From assembly GCF_009914755.1 (NCBI RefSeq), contig NC_060935.1: DNA of 64,000 nucleotides, one strand, 5' to 3'. The notes beneath the pieces were generated by a model, which was not told the DNA's origin, did not search any database, and worked only from the letters and a program-made list of their open reading frames with translations. Shown piece by piece: positions 1 to 13,500 of the stretch. The stretch comes from the human T2T-CHM13v2.0 reference genome, Homo sapiens. How positions within the stretch are numbered: the stretch's first letter is position 1; each line of letters starts with the position of its first letter. The position numbers were made by a program, and so were the translations under genes.

Positions 1-253
1 TTCTTGAAAATTAGCTGCTGCCATTGTTGATTGAGATTCCACTGTTTAAATGCAGAAATATGTAGTACCCCAAGAGTTAGGGACAAACTACACCTCAATA
101 AAGCTCAACTCCAGATAATTATGAACTGACTCTTAAAACAATCACGTATAGGTAAGTCCATGTCTGTCAGAGGCCCTCCAAACAACTAGAAATTCTCTGA
201 ATTAACTTCCACGTGCATATACTGTTTATTAAAGAATAAGTCATAAAAGTGTG

Positions 254-552
254 GACCAGGCACAGTGGCTCACACCTGTAGTCCTAGTACTGGGAGACCG
301 AGGCAGACGGATCACTTGAGCTCAGGAGTTCAAAGCCAGCCTGGGCAACATGGTGAAAGCCTGTTTCTATAAAAAATACCAAAAATTAGCCAAGCTTGGT
401 GGTGTACTCTAGTCCCAGCTATTTAGGGGGCTTAGGCCGGAGGATCACATGAGCCCAGGAGGTTGAGGCTGCAGTGAGCCAAGATAGCACCATTGCACAC
501 CAGCCTGGGTGACAAAGTGAGAACCTGTCTCAAAAAAAAAAAAAAAAAAAAA
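254..552 (+). mobile_element. Alu (old, AluJ-like) with poly(A) tail
   Basis: Alu dimer sequence; TSD taaaagtgtg at 244-253 and 554-563. Confidence 0.93.
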
Positions 553-591
553 GTAAAAGTGTGCCAGTTTGAAGGTTATATATTTATATAT

Positions 592-649
592 ATTATCAAT
601 ACTCAATTGTAACTGTCGCAATTATCAATACTCAATTGTAACTGCTGCA
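592..649. repeat. 29-bp tandem duplication (attatcaatactcaattgtaactgNNgca x2)
   Basis: Two adjacent copies, 592-620 and 621-649, differing at 2 positions. Confidence 0.9.
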
Positions 650-2184
650 ATTATTTAGAACTTAAACCAATAAAAGATTTTTTGGGAAGGAGAATTTTAT
701 CACTGATATTGTTTAGAATTTCCAGGGAATAGTGATTAAAGAAAAGCAGACTGACTTTTAGTCACTGTTGTTTCCAAGTTCTTTGCAGTGTGGACCTTGC
801 TACCTGAGTCTGGGCCAACCCCCATCCCTGGCCCACCCTGGTATGCCTTGCAGCCCTTTGCTGTTACGTCCCCTTGTTAGACGTGGAGGTCTAATTATTT
901 TTGGCTCAGCTGCTTTATCTTTCTCAGGAAGGCAAAGTTTGAGCAGCACACTAGAACCCCAAACACTAGTTTGAGGTCCTACCAATGAAAACTCATTTGC
1001 TATTTTTGCTTTCTTTTATATCATAGTACTTCCAGCTCATGAATGGGCTGACAGTTCATTGCCCTTCTTTATGAACCAAGGTAAATAACCACAGCAACAT
1101 CCTTTGGGAATTACTGCACACTCTGTCTCTTGCAGAAGCTTGAGTGAGTTTTTGTTAAAAACAAAAGAGCCTCAGGAGGAGGGCAAGGGTCTGGAATCGG
1201 GATGAGGAGCCCGTGGTGGTGTGGGTGGGTGCTGGGAGGTGGCAGGCTGGAAGGGCTGCAAGCCCCGGGGGAGGGGGACAGACCTGGGATGTGGAACCCA
1301 GGAGACCACAGCAGGCAAGCCATCCAGCATCAAGGAAGTCAGTTACTTACCAATAGTAAGAAATAGTAAGAACTACTGTTTAGCCTTTTTAAAAAACAAA
1401 AAATTTTCTCTTTTATTCTTTCCAACAATTCTGCTAGATGGGCTTAGGGGAGTTAATACAGATTTGCTCAAGGACTGTCAGCTAGGAAGAGGGGATTTGA
1501 ACCTATGGCTTTGCTCCTTCCCCACAATGCCTCTGACACTGTTTCCTATGCTGTCCTATAGCCAGCGGGGGCCTAGCCTAGGTTCTGGGATACAGATGGG
1601 GAGACCCCAGGCATCCTGGAGAGAGAGTTATGGAGTGAGGCAGGTACCACCTTACTACATGTGCCACACCAAGTACAAGGTTTGGGCACACATGCTAAGA
1701 CACATGACCAGTTCTTAGAACTGGGGGCAAGATCAGGGCCTCATTACCAGCAAGCATAACTTGAAACAGAATCTCTGAGCATTCAGATAGGAATACTAAT
1801 TCTCTTGGCCTGGGCTCAGAAGAAGAGGTGCATGCCTCATCATTGAGAGAGAGGCAGCAGAGGGACACCGAGGCTGAGACCAGCCTGCTCCAATGAGGCA
1901 TTGAGACTGTCCTCTCCAGAACACTGGCAAGAGCTCTGAAAGTCCCAGGCCCTGGTCACCACGTTTTCTCCTAAGAAGCCCCCTCCTCCAGGGAGTTAGA
2001 ATCAGGCAAGAACAGGAGAAGAGCCCCTTCTAGGTGAATTCCAAATCACAGAACACCTTTGCATCAATTTTTTTGGAGACCGAGAAGGCCAAATGCCTGA
2101 ATGTCTTTGTTTCTGTCTATGGGTGCTGAGAAGGGTCCAGGAACTTTTCACCATTGGCATCATTAGCAGCAGCAGGGTGATGTT

Positions 2185-2450
2185 TATTCATTCAACAAAC
2201 ACAAATATCTGCTGAGGGCCTGCTATGTGCCAGGCACTATTGTAGGCACTGGACAATTGGCAGTGACAAAACAGACAAACCCCTGCCTTCGTAGAACTCG
2301 ATTCAAATGGCAAAGACAGACAATAAACAAACAAACAGTGAAATATGGGAGTGGAAAGTGCCACAAGGGAAACTAAGTCAGGGTAAGAAGGCAAGGCCGT
2401 TGGAGGGGCTGTTTTGATAGGGGGGGTCAGGGAGGTCTCCCAGGGGAGGG
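2185..2450. mobile_element. L2 3'-end fragment
   Basis: ttcattcaacaaac...ctatgtgccaggcact...cctgccttcgtagaactc pattern typical of L2 3' ends. Confidence 0.65.
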
Positions 2451-2950
2451 GACACAGGACCCAAGTACCCCATTTCCTACCTCCCTCACTTAGGGTGTTC
2501 AGGCAGCCTGGGATCCAAGATCACGGGCCCTGATCTGAGCCCCCGTCACGAGGGGTGATGAGCAAAACAGCGCGTCTGTGAACCCCGGGGCCTGATTGTC
2601 CCTGGAGTTCAGAGGCACATCTGCGTGAACGCAGGAAAAGGGAAGAGACCGGCCACTTCCTTCAGGGATATAGCGAGCACAAGAGTAAAGGGCATAAGGT
2701 AGGCACACAGGAGCCAAGGAACAAATGCCAATTAATATGATGCAAACTGGCCATCTGTCAGGCCGGCTGCAAGGGACAGCTGCATGCGGGGAGGGGCGGG
2801 CACCCGTCTCTGCGGTGATTCTGTGGACAAGTGAAACCTGAACGTCACAGGCTTCTGCAACTGGAAAGTAAAATGGTGGTTCCGTTAACTTTAATGCCTA
2901 AATCTCGATGCCCTAAGCCCTCAGCTGTGTAGTGGTGGAAAGTCCAGGCC

Positions 2951-3258
2951 TTTTTTCTTTTTTCTTTTTGAGACAGGGTCTCACTCTGTTGCCCAGGCTG
3001 GAGTGTAGTGGTGCCATCATGGCTCACAGTATCTTTCAACTTCTGGGCTCGAAGTGATCTTCCCACCTCAGTCTCCCAAGTAGCTGGGACCACAGGCTTG
3101 CAGCACCATGCCCATCTAATTTTATTTTATTTTAGGTTTTGTAGAGATGGGGGTCTCCCTATGTTGCCCAGGCTCATCTCAAACTCCTGGGCTCAAGCAA
3201 TCCTCCCGCCTCGGCCCAAATTATTGCGATTATAGGCAATGAGCCACTGCGTCCAGCC
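2951..3258 (-). mobile_element. Alu (AluJ-like), antisense
   Basis: Poly-T then reverse Alu; TSD aaagtccagg at 2939-48 and 3260-69. Confidence 0.93.
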
Positions 3259-4829
3259 TAAAGTCCAGGGTTTTAGGGAGTCACTGCTCCCATATATCCC
3301 TGAGACTTCAGGGAAGTCCCATGCTTGCACAGACCCACCCTGGCTTTGCTCTCTCCTCCCACCACCAAAGTCCCAGGCCCAAGGCATCACTTCTTGGACT
3401 CTATTCTATTGCTAGTATCTTGCCACCACCAAGCCCATCACCACAGTAGTGAAGTCCAAAGTTAGTGGACAGAAGGGCTCCCTAGATTTTGCCACCACTG
3501 AGAAAGCTGCAACTCAGGATGTCATTCTTGCTAAGTGAGAGGGGAAATGCTCACAGCACAGAGAGCAACACTAGGTTGGCACCTAAAATGTTATCCAGCT
3601 AGCCATGCAGCTGTTCCACAGAGCTCTTCGGTTTGCCAAGCTGGGCCCACCTGCTCCCCTGCACTTTAGTAGGGAGGCCTCCACCAAGACTCCCATCCCT
3701 GGTGGCCATGAAAGAGCTTCAAAACCCAGGAAAGGAGCTGCTCCAATGACCCATCCCCTTGGTCCCTTGCTTCTACCCCAAGCATAGCTGCGGACTCCGC
3801 CTCAGCAGGGATCTCTGCCGATTCATCTAGCAACTCTGATTTTGTGAACAAGGAGGGTGTTTCTTCTCACTCAGTCAGGGATGTCACGCAGCAAGGATTT
3901 CTGAACAGCGTCATGTTACAGATGGGAATGCAGAGACCCCTTTCCCACAAACACATACATGCCACCAAGGGGCTGGGTCAGGAAGAGGCGAAGTATCCAC
4001 ACTCCCCTATGAAGGGCGGGACCAGGGACTGGGTCTGGCTTGCCCACTCAGGCGAGTTCTCGGTGAGTGCCCTGTCACTCTCCGTGTTATCTGCTCCCCA
4101 ACTCCCCATCCATCAGGCATGTTTGTGTCCGTGCCCTATAGACAAGGCTTGACTTTTCATCCCAGGAGCTCCCTGGTCGCTGTGTAAATGAGTGCATGTG
4201 TGTTGAGAGAGGTGCTGCCTAACAACTCCAATTGTCAGAAATGCCCAAACCCCAAATGGGAGGCATGAGGACAGAGGCCCAGCTTATGTCCGGTCAAGAC
4301 GCTCAAAATGTCCAGTTGCACAGAATGTGCAATTAGCAAGGCCAAGGCTTCTACAGTGAGTGTTATCATCTTGAAAAATAAAATGTCTTTACAGGAGGTT
4401 GTTTGAATGCACCCTGTATATACACTCAGTGGAGTACTATACAACCTTAAAAAAGAGGAAATCACTATGAACTGATATGAAGTGGTTTTCAGATGCTATT
4501 GAGAAAAAAAAAACAAAGTATAAAAGAACATATATGGTATGCCACCTTTTGTGTAAGAAATAAGGGGAAATAAGAAAATGTACATATACATGTTTTTCAT
4601 ACAAAAAGAAACACAGGAAGGATGAGCCAGACAATAATGAAGTTGGGTGCATACAAGGAGTAGGAAGGAATGTGGTGGAAGGGGTATGGGAGGAAGTAAC
4701 ACTTCTCTGAATATACCTATTTTTAAGAGCTTTTACTTTTGAAAGCATACCAATATTCAAAAAAATTAAAAGAATAGGAAAGGGGAAAAGACTGAAAGCA
4801 AAATGAAACATATGAATCTAATTGTATTA

Positions 4830-5174
<345 letters not shown>

Positions 5175-5939
5175 CTTAATTATATTTCAAGTGTGAATTA
5201 TAACCACATTGAAGGTGGGAGAAGAAAGAAATAACGAATCCAAGTAACTCATGAACATAGTATTTAACCATGTACCCTCAGGCTGGGTAAGAAAGAGTGG
5301 GTGTGTGTTGGGGTGGGGAGGAGGGGAGGTGGTAGGGAAAGAAGTGGGAACAAATCCTGAACTCTTTATAGTAGATTCATTGATTGTAGTGGAATGAACT
5401 ACAGGGCTCTCGCTGAGGAAGAAAGGATATGCAAACATGGAATGGAGAAAGGTAAGAAGAACCCTGTGGGAATGAACTTGAATTGAAAATATTGGTGTGA
5501 ACTCACAATTTCTAAAATATGTGTGTATGTATGAATGTTTTTATATCTGAAGATATCTGTATCTTCATGCTTACATGTCTCTAGCTCTGACCACGGAAAG
5601 GGCCAAGAAGCAAAGATGCTCTGCCAGCAATGAGCACATCTAGTGCCCAGATCTTGGTCTCCAATACCATTTCCCACTAAAAGGAACCAGGACTCCACAA
5701 AGAAGTGGCTGATTCCAGGACTGGTGCAGAATAGGTACATGACAAGCCTGAAACATCTTCCTATGCCAGAGAGTAAGGAAATGCTCCAAAAATAATAAAG
5801 GATGGGGTGTGTCACAGAATAGGGAGGCCATCTAAAGGGGCTCCTGCTGGCCCAACCTGGAACAGTTTGAGCACCAAAATAACTATAAAAATAGATAATA
5901 AATCATTGAAAAGACAGAAACTTATGAATCCATACCAAT

Positions 5940-5970
5940 AATAGATATATATTTAGACTAGATAGGTGAT

Positions 5971-6009
<39 letters not shown>

Positions 6010-6082
6010 GATAGATAGATGATAAATAGGTAAGACATAGGTAGCTAGATAGATAGCCAGATGGATAGAGAGATAGAAAAAA

Positions 6083-6134
<52 letters not shown>

Positions 6135-6190
6135 AAGAAAGAAAGAGAGAAAGAAGAAAAGAAAAGAGAAAATAAAGAGAAAAAAGAAGG
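5940..6190. repeat. Compound microsatellite (GATA)n followed by (GAAA)n/GA-rich tract
   Basis: Directly visible tetranucleotide runs. Confidence 0.95.
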
Positions 6191-6919
6191 GAAAGCTCTT
6201 GGTTGCAGTAGAATTCTGAGGTCCAACTAGTAAAAGTAGAGAGAATGCCGGAGTTGGGAGGTTAGCACAACCCCAGATTAAACATGAAGAAACAGTAGAT
6301 GAACGCAAAAATGGAGGCACTGTATTCTTTACAAATATCAGCATTGCACAGGGCAAAGAAAGGCTGTGGGATGTTTCAGATTAAAGGAGGCTAAAAAGAC
6401 ATGAAGACCAAATGCAATATCTGACCCCTTAGACTGGATCCTGCACTGGAAGGGAGAATGCTATAAAGAGTATTATTAGACCAAGCAAAAAATTTGTAAT
6501 ACGGGTGATGGATTAGATAAGAGTATTTGTAACAATGTAAATGTATACAACCGTTAACTATACTGTGGCATATAATAATCTTATTCTTAGGAAAAACACA
6601 CTGTTAAGTATTCAGGGGTAAAGAACCATAATATACATAATATAAAAATGGTTCAGGAAAAAATTATGTATAAACATACATATATAACCACATGTCCATA
6701 TAGTATATATACATGAGACAGAGAATAAGAATAAATAATACATGGGTTAAACTACAAACAATAAGTAAATCTGGATAAAATGAATATGAATATTCTTTGT
6801 ACCCTTTCTCATTTTGTAACTTTTTGTAAACTTGAAATTATTTCCAAACATAATGCTTTAAAATGCTTTAACGTGCCTCACACTTAACTGATTTCTGGCA
6901 TGGTCATATACACTGGTAA

Positions 6920-7080
6920 TTTTGATCCTCCCAGGAGCTCCATGAGATAAGCAGGGCAGGCATTGTTATATTTCCAACTGTACAGATGAGGAAGTTAAGG
7001 CACAGAGATGTTGAGTGACTTGCCAAGGATGACGTCCTGGAAAACACAGCTTGAACCTTCATCTCCAGGTGCAAGTCTTG
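6920..7080. mobile_element. MIR fragment
   Basis: MIR core tacagatgaggaagttaaggcacagag...gtgacttgccaagg. Confidence 0.7.
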
Positions 7081-7162
7081 GCTTCGTCCCATGATATCCA
7101 CATTCTCCAAATCTTTTCAGAATCCATTGCAATTCCTGCTAGTCATCTCTCCAGGAGGTCAT

Positions 7163-7179
7163 GAACTCCGTAATTTTAC

Positions 7180-7229
<50 letters not shown>

Positions 7230-7525
7230 GAGAGAAACGGAATCTCATTCTTTCACCCAGGCTGGAGTGCAGTGGCACGATCTTGGCTCACTGCCAACCT
7301 CCACCACCCAGGTTCAAGTGATTCTCTTGCCTCAGCCTTCTGAGTAGCTGGGACCACAGGTGTGTGCCACCACGTCCAGCTATTTTTTTCTTTTTTGGTA
7401 TTTTTAGGAGAGACGGGGTTTCACCATGTTGGCCAGGTTGTTCTCAAACTCCTGACCTCAGGTGATCTGCCCACCTCAGCATCCCAAAGTGCTGGGATTA
7501 CATGCATGAGCCACTGCGCCCGGCC
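7163..7525 (-). mobile_element. Alu (AluS-like), antisense, with its tail replaced by (CA)n/(TG)n at 7163-7221
   Basis: Reverse Alu; TSD taattttact at 7151-60 and 7529-38 encloses the dinucleotide repeat. Confidence 0.92.
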
Positions 7526-9639
7526 CCATAATTTTACTTTTGTGAGTTTATTACTCAGCCTTTAAAATCCAACTCGAGTCAGTTTCTTCTGCCTTCTCCT
7601 TGCCTCTGTGTCCCCTCCCTAAAAGTTACAACTGTCCATCAGTGACTCTCCCCAGCGTGGGTTCCTGCCTCCTTTCACTTCAGAATTCATTGCCTATGTT
7701 GCAGTTATTTCCTATTTGCTTCTGTTTGTCTCCCTCAAGGGCAGGGACCAAGTATTGTTCCTCTGACTCCCAGCCCCAAGCTCTGTGCCTGGCTCTGTGA
7801 ATGTTGGCTGAATAAATGACGATGTGGCTGAATGAAACCTCCTCTTATTTGACCTAAACTCACCTCAATCAAGTCTCAAAGTTAGGCTTTCATCGTGGAG
7901 CTGGAATTAAGTAGGATTAAAGTTAATGCTGTCCTGGCTGACATAACTCTCTCACTCCTTCTGTTTCTTCCAAGGGTAGAAGATCAAGGCAGCATACAGG
8001 TCATAGGGAAGCCACGTGGTGTTTGTTCCTAGCCAAATAAGGAAGATCTTCTTATTGAAAGTGGTCTGGAGGGAGGGAGTCAATCCGCCAACAGATATGA
8101 AGTAATCAGGTGGGCTGAGTTTAGGGGATGCAACGGACAAAGGAGTAGAAGCCCAGGAGGGGCTAGCAGGCAACTGCTACTGAGTCATGGGTTCCATATC
8201 AGTTCAAGCTTCAGTCCTTACAGGATATGAGAATTTCTGTGGAGTGACGTGCAACACAATTTAGGCAATCACCTCCCCCATGTCAGTACCCAGAAAATAA
8301 CTAAGGAAGGAGCATTCTGCACAGATTTCAGGAAACCTGATTGATATCTACCTTCCTGGTTCATCATGCTCAGGGGACAGAGGGCTATGATCTCTCCAGC
8401 ACAGCTCTGTGCAAAGTGTGAGAAGATGGAACTTTCAAATAAACCCCTGGATTTTAGACAAGGCTGAAATTTTATTTGAAGGGATTTGCTTTCGATTTCA
8501 TTTTCTTAAATGCATTTTTAATAACAAGCCTATTCAATCAAAAGGGGGTATTTGACTGTTTGGAACAGCAGTGGGACCGCCCTCAATGTAATTTGGATCC
8601 TTTCCTAAACCCATGTCCTTTGATTCTGCCAGTTCAGATCTCTCCTCAGTCGGTAACTCACAAAGCATGGTTGTCAGTGGTGTGGAAAAAACTCAGCTAG
8701 GAGTGTCCCTAAAGACACCTCCAGACCCACCCCTGCAAAACAAGACAATCAGTTCCCATTCATTGGACACCAACAAGTGACATCACACAGACGCTGTAAA
8801 TGTTGAAGGGGGAAGGACTGTGGGGGGCACATAGGCTCAGCCCCTCTCACAACATTGAGACTCCCACGGCCAATCTGCTGGAAAGAAGGAGTGTGAACTG
8901 TTCTACCTCCTGTACCTTCCTCCTCCTAGAGAGGGAGGCTGCAGAAGAGCGACACGGCCCTGGGGCTTATCACCAGCCTTCCTGGTTTGGGGATCATGGG
9001 AGAAGCAATGAGGAGCATTCTTAGGTCTGATGGGCAGGTCTTGGGACTCTTGAATGAAAACTCCCAAGAGAAACCAGGGAGAAGATAGGTAATGCTAATC
9101 TCGGGTTGGGATACTCCAAGAGGCATGGAGGCCCAGCTAATGTCAGGGAGCTGGAGTTGCTGGAGCTTGAGCAGATCTGAGTTAGGCACCAGGAGGTTTT
9201 GCACAGATTCCTTCAGTTCGGAAGAGGGCCGGCAGAAGACGCTCCCCGGAGAGCCACCGGTGGGCAGGAGGGAAAGGGAAAAGCAAAGGCGGGAAGCTAG
9301 CAGATGGTGGTGGGTGGCACAGTGGCCTGAGCGAGGCCCCCTCGTGGTGGAGTGGAGAGCTGCATGGTAAGCCCGCAGCAGGTGGCTGGGGGGCTCTGGA
9401 GCCCCAAGAAAAGCTCCAGGGACCTGGAAGAATTTGACTAGGATGGGAGCCAGGGGTTGGATTTGGCAGTGTTTGCTGTCCCTAACGCCAGGGAGGGCAG
9501 TGGGGCAAGGTCATATTCACTTTGAGCTGAGTCTGCCTCTTTATAACTTTGCTCATTTTGACGAATTTGTGACACATTCAATTCAACATTTTCCTAAAGA
9601 TGTTCAAATCCTAGTAGAGTTGAGATAGTCTGGTAGTCA

Positions 9640-10300
9640 TGTAGACCTTCTCAGCCCAGTGACAATGGCAGAGTCAGGACTTAATCTAAGCAGATCATCT
9701 CAAATTTAACATATTCTCATAACAGCCGCCAGAGGGATCCTGTAAGAGCCTGTAGGTGATATCCCTGCTCTGTTCCATCCCCTCCTGCAGCCTCCCATTC
9801 CACCTAGAAAGCGCTTACAAAGATTGCAAGGCCCAGCGTGCTCTCGTTTCTGGCACCTCAGACCTCATCCCTGAGGTCGCCTCTCGGTCACCCCATTCCA
9901 GCCTTACAGGCCCCTCCCTGGTCTCCAGCACACCAGGCCCATGGGTGCTGCCCTAGCTGCTCCTTCTGCCTTGATCTTCCCCCAGGTGTCCCCATGACCC
10001 CAGCCCTCCCCCTGTTAGTTTTTTGCTAGAGCATCATCTCACAAAGGCTAATCTGACCCCTCTGTTTTAAACTGTAGCACCCCCACCATCCCTATGCCCC
10101 TCTCCTAACAGAACTTGGAACCATCTGGCAACCTGAGTGTCTAAGTGATCTGCTTATTGCCTGGCTGCCTCCACTAGAAGGTAAAAGCCTGTTGGGGTTG
10201 GGATTTTTGTCTGTTTCACTCACCACTGACTGATGAGCCCCTAGAATAGTACCTGGCATGTAGCAAATACTCCAAAAATGTCTGTTGAATGAATAAAGGT
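9640..10300. mobile_element. L2 fragment
   Basis: Ends in cctagaatagtacctggcatgtag...tgttgaatgaataaa, a typical L2 3' end. Confidence 0.65.
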
Positions 10301-10515
10301 GAAGAAGGTGAAGCCTCCTGGCTCTTAGTGTTGACCAACTCAGTCGGCCTGAGCCACAGATCAAACCACCTTCTAACAGTGCTCCTGCTCCCAGTTCTGC
10401 TGGCTCAGCCCCTGGCTCTAGACTCTCATATCTGCTTTCTGCTCTTTCCCATTGCCTGGCTCAACTCTGTGTCTCCCCGCCACCCCCACCATGACAATAG
10501 GGGCCATGCACATGG

Positions 10516-13500
10516 GCCTCAGCTCAGCATTTTCCACAGCAGCGATACGCCTGCCTCACCTCAGCATTTCCCTCGGCAGTGATCCACCTGCCTCACCCCA
10601 GCATTTCTCACAACAGTGATCCACCTGCCTCATCCCAGCATTTCCCACGGCAGTGATCCACCTGCCTCACCCCAGCATTTCCCACGGCAGTGATCCACCT
10701 GCCTCACCCCAGCATTTCCCACAACAGTGATCCACCTGCCTCACCCCAGCATTTCCCACAACAGTGATCCACCTGCCTCAACCCAGCATTTTGCACAACA
10801 GTGATCCACCTGCCTCACCTCAGCATTTCCCATGGCAGTGATCCACCTGCCTCACCTCGGCATTTCCCATGGCAGTGATCCACCTGCCTCACCCCAGCAT
10901 TTCCCACAACAGTGATCCACCTGCCTCACCTCGGCATTTCCCACGGCAGTGATCCACCTGCCTCACCTCGGCATTTCCCACGGCAGTGATCCACCTGCCT
11001 CACCCCAGCATTTCCCACAACAGTGATCGACCTGGCTCACCTCAGCATTACCCATGGCAGTGATCCACCTGCCTCACCCCAGCATTTCCCACAACAGTGA
11101 TCCACCTGCCTCACCCCAGCATTTCCCACAACAGTGACCCACCTGCCTCACCTCGGCATTTCCCACGTCAGTGATCCACCTGCCTCACCTCAGCATTTCC
11201 CACAACAGTGATCCACCTGCCTCACCCCGACATTTCCAACAGCAGTGATCCACCTGCCTCAGCTCAGCATTTCCCAAAACAGTGATCCACTTGCCTCACC
11301 TCGGCATTTCCGACGGCAGTGATTCACCTGCCTCACCCCAGCATTTCCCATGGCAGTGATCCACCTGCCTCACCTCGGCATTTCCCACGGCAGTGATCCA
11401 CCTGCCTCACCTCCGCATTTCCCACGGCAGTGATCCACCTGCCTCACCTCGGCATTTCCCACGGCAGTGATCCACCTGCCTCACCTCGGCATTTCCCACA
11501 ACAGTGGTCCATCTGCCTCACCTCAGCATTTCCCATGGCGGTGATCCACCTGCCTCACCTCAGCATTTCCCACAACAGTGATCCACCTGCCTCACTTCGG
11601 CATTTGCCACGTCAGTGATCCACCGGCCTCAGCTCAGCATTTCCCACAACAGTGATCCACCTGCCTCACCTCGGCATTTCCCACAACAGTGGTCCACCTG
11701 CCTCACCTTGGCATTTCCCACAACAGTGATCCACTTGCCTCACCTCGGCATTTCCCACGGCAGTGATCTACCTGCCTCACCTAGGCATTTCCCACAACAG
11801 TGGTCCACCTGCCTCACCTCGGCATTTCCCATAGCAGTGATCCACCTGCCTCACCCCAGCATTTCCCACAACAGTGATCCATCTGCCTCACCTCGGCATT
11901 TCCCACAACAGTGATCCACCTGCCTCACCTCGGCATTTCCCATAGCAGTGATCCACCTGCCTCACCCCAGCATTTCCCACAACAGTGATCCACCTGCGTC
12001 ACCTCGGCATTTCCCACAACAGTGATCCACCTGCCTCACCTCGGCATTTCCCATAGCAGTGATCCACCTGCCTCACCCCAGCATTTCCCATAACAGTGAT
12101 CCACCTGCCTCACCTCAGCATTTCCCACAACAGTGATCCACCTGCCTCACCCCGACATTTCCAACAGCAGTGATCCACCTGCCTCAGCTCAGCATTTCCC
12201 AAAACAGTGATCCACTTGCCTCACCTCGGCATTTCCCACGGCAGTGATTCACCTGCCTCACCCCAGCATTTCCCATGGCAGTGATCCACCTGCCTCACCT
12301 CGGCATTTCCCACAACAGTGATCCTGCCTCACCTCGGCATTTCCCACGGCAGTGATCCACCTGCCTCACGTCGGCATTTCCCACGGCAGTGATCCACCTG
12401 CCTCACCTCGGCATTTCCCACAACAGTGATCCTGCCTCACGCCATCATTTCCCACAACAGTGATACACCTGCCTCACCTCGGCATTTCCCACAACAGTGG
12501 TCCACCTGCCTCACCTCGGCATTTCCCACAACAGTGATCCACCTGCCTCACCCCCGCATTTCCCACAATAGTGATCCTGCCTCACCCCATCATTTCCCAC
12601 AACAGTGATCCACCTACCTCACCTTGGCATTTCCCACAACAGTGGTCCACCTGCCTCACCTCGGCATTTCCCACAACAGTGGTCCACCTGCCTCACCTCG
12701 GCATTTCCCACAACAGTGGTCCACCTGCCTCACCTCGGCATTTCCCACAACAGTGGTCCACCTGCCTCACCTCGGCATTTCCCACAACAGTGGTCCACCT
12801 GCCTCAGCTCCGCATTTCCCACAACAGTGATCCACCTGCCTCACCTCGGCATTTCCCACAACAGTGATCCACCTGCCTCACCTCGGCATTTCCCACAACA
12901 GTGGTCCACCTGCCTCACCTCGGCATTTCCCACAACAGTGATCCACCTGCCTCATCTCGGCATTTCCCACGGCAGTGATCCACCTGCTTCACCTCGGCAT
13001 TTCCCACAACAGTGCTCCACCTGCCTCACCTCGGCATTTCCCACAACAGTGATCCACCTGCCTCACCTCGGCATTTCCCACGGCAGTGATCCACCTGCCT
13101 CACCTTGGCATTTCCCACAACAGTGGTCCACCTGCCTCACCTCAGCATTTCCCACGGCAGTGATCCACCTGCCTCACCCCGGCATTTCCCACAACAGTGG
13201 TCCACCTGCCTCACCTCGGCATTTCCCACAACAGTGGTCCACCTGCCTCACCTCGGCATTTCCCACAACAGTGGTCCACCTGCCTCACCCCGGCATTTCC
13301 CACGGCAGTGATCCACCTGCCTCACCCCGGCATTTCCCACAACAGTGGTCCACCTGCCTCACCTCGGCATTTCCCACGGCAGTGATCCACCTGCCTCACC
13401 CCGGCATTTCCCACAACAGTGATCCACCTACCTCACCCCGGCATTTCCCACAACAGTGGTCCACCTGCCTCACCTCGGCATTTCCCACAACAGTGGTCCA

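Noticed and set aside
5903-6356. Hydrophobic F/L/S-rich ORFs resembling membrane proteins
   Set aside because: Translations of (GAAA)n/(GATA)n microsatellites
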